This document shows, piece after piece, positions 60,128 to 60,233 of a DNA stretch of 60,233 bases. The notes under the pieces were generated by a model. That model worked only from the letters and a program-made list of their open reading frames with translations, did not search any database and had not been told where the DNA came from. Origin of the DNA: Sedimentisphaerales bacterium (GTDB lineage Bacteria > Planctomycetota > Phycisphaerae > Sedimentisphaerales > Anaerobacaceae). The DNA lies in contig JBELAA010000001.1 of NCBI GenBank assembly GCA_049509315.1, positions 1 to 60,233 of the forward strand. Reading direction: 5' to 3'. Within the stretch, counting starts at the first letter, position 1. Every line of letters begins with the position of its first letter. The position numbers and the translations under genes are program-made.

Positions 60128-60233
60128 TTGAATTCTCCATATCATCAAACCATTTTCCATAAGGGAGGCACTAATGGGCAAAAACCAACATGTAGTACCA
60201 GCAGCTGTATAATACTTTTCCACAGACATCTTT
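60115..60233. repeat. Terminal direct repeat, copy 2 (identical to 1-119)
   Basis: Exact 119-bp match to the start of the window. It lies in the intergenic region upstream of the first minus-strand gene. Confidence 0.97.

Noticed and set aside
1-60233. Integrated prophage with att-site direct repeats
   Set aside because: There is no integrase or recombinase and no flanking host genes. The repeats are the extreme contig ends, and gene content runs continuously from the early to the late region across the junction.

Overview
This window is a complete, terminally redundant tailed-phage genome with a podovirus-like, T7-style structural gene order. Bases 1-119 recur exactly at 60115-60233, leaving 60114 bp of unique sequence, and the contig ends fall inside the only large non-coding region. 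All credible genes (about 65) are on the minus strand. They are tightly packed, often coupled by ATGA/GTGA/TGATG overlaps, have clear Shine-Dalgarno sites and use standard-code stops. In transcription order (60233 down to 1) the genome carries: an XRE-type regulator and small early ORFs; a Dam-like N6-MTase interrupted by an in-frame TGA; an N4 gp49-like protein and Zn-ribbon proteins; portal, scaffold and major capsid; adaptor/nozzle-like tail genes and two tail fibres; and a run of large internal-virion or ejection-like proteins. That run includes a 1289-aa protein with an embedded GGDEF domain and a 3534-aa polyvalent protein (N6-MTase, SF2 helicase, RadC/JAB, C-terminal membrane module), separated by an ATP-grasp / AdoMetDC-like cassette. 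Downstream come small unknown genes, the small and large terminase, DUF5131, DUF1064 and an RNAP alpha-CTD-like protein. The last block is a glycosyltransferase / methyltransferase / radical-SAM island that contains a frameshift-split C5-MTase. I found no DNA polymerase, RNA polymerase, integrase, tRNA, CRISPR array or recognisable endolysin. The observations most worth following up are: the GGDEF domain inside a virion-type protein; the DarB-like polyvalent giant with recurring acidic-PPYG boundary motifs; both stand-alone MTases needing a recoding event; a protein-like +1 ORF with its own SD embedded in the C5-MTase core; a 63-bp exact repeat giving a Lar-like protein the same 21 aa as the capsid N-terminal region; and the glycosylation / rSAM island. 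All functional calls rest on motif recognition by eye and on synteny. No database search was run.
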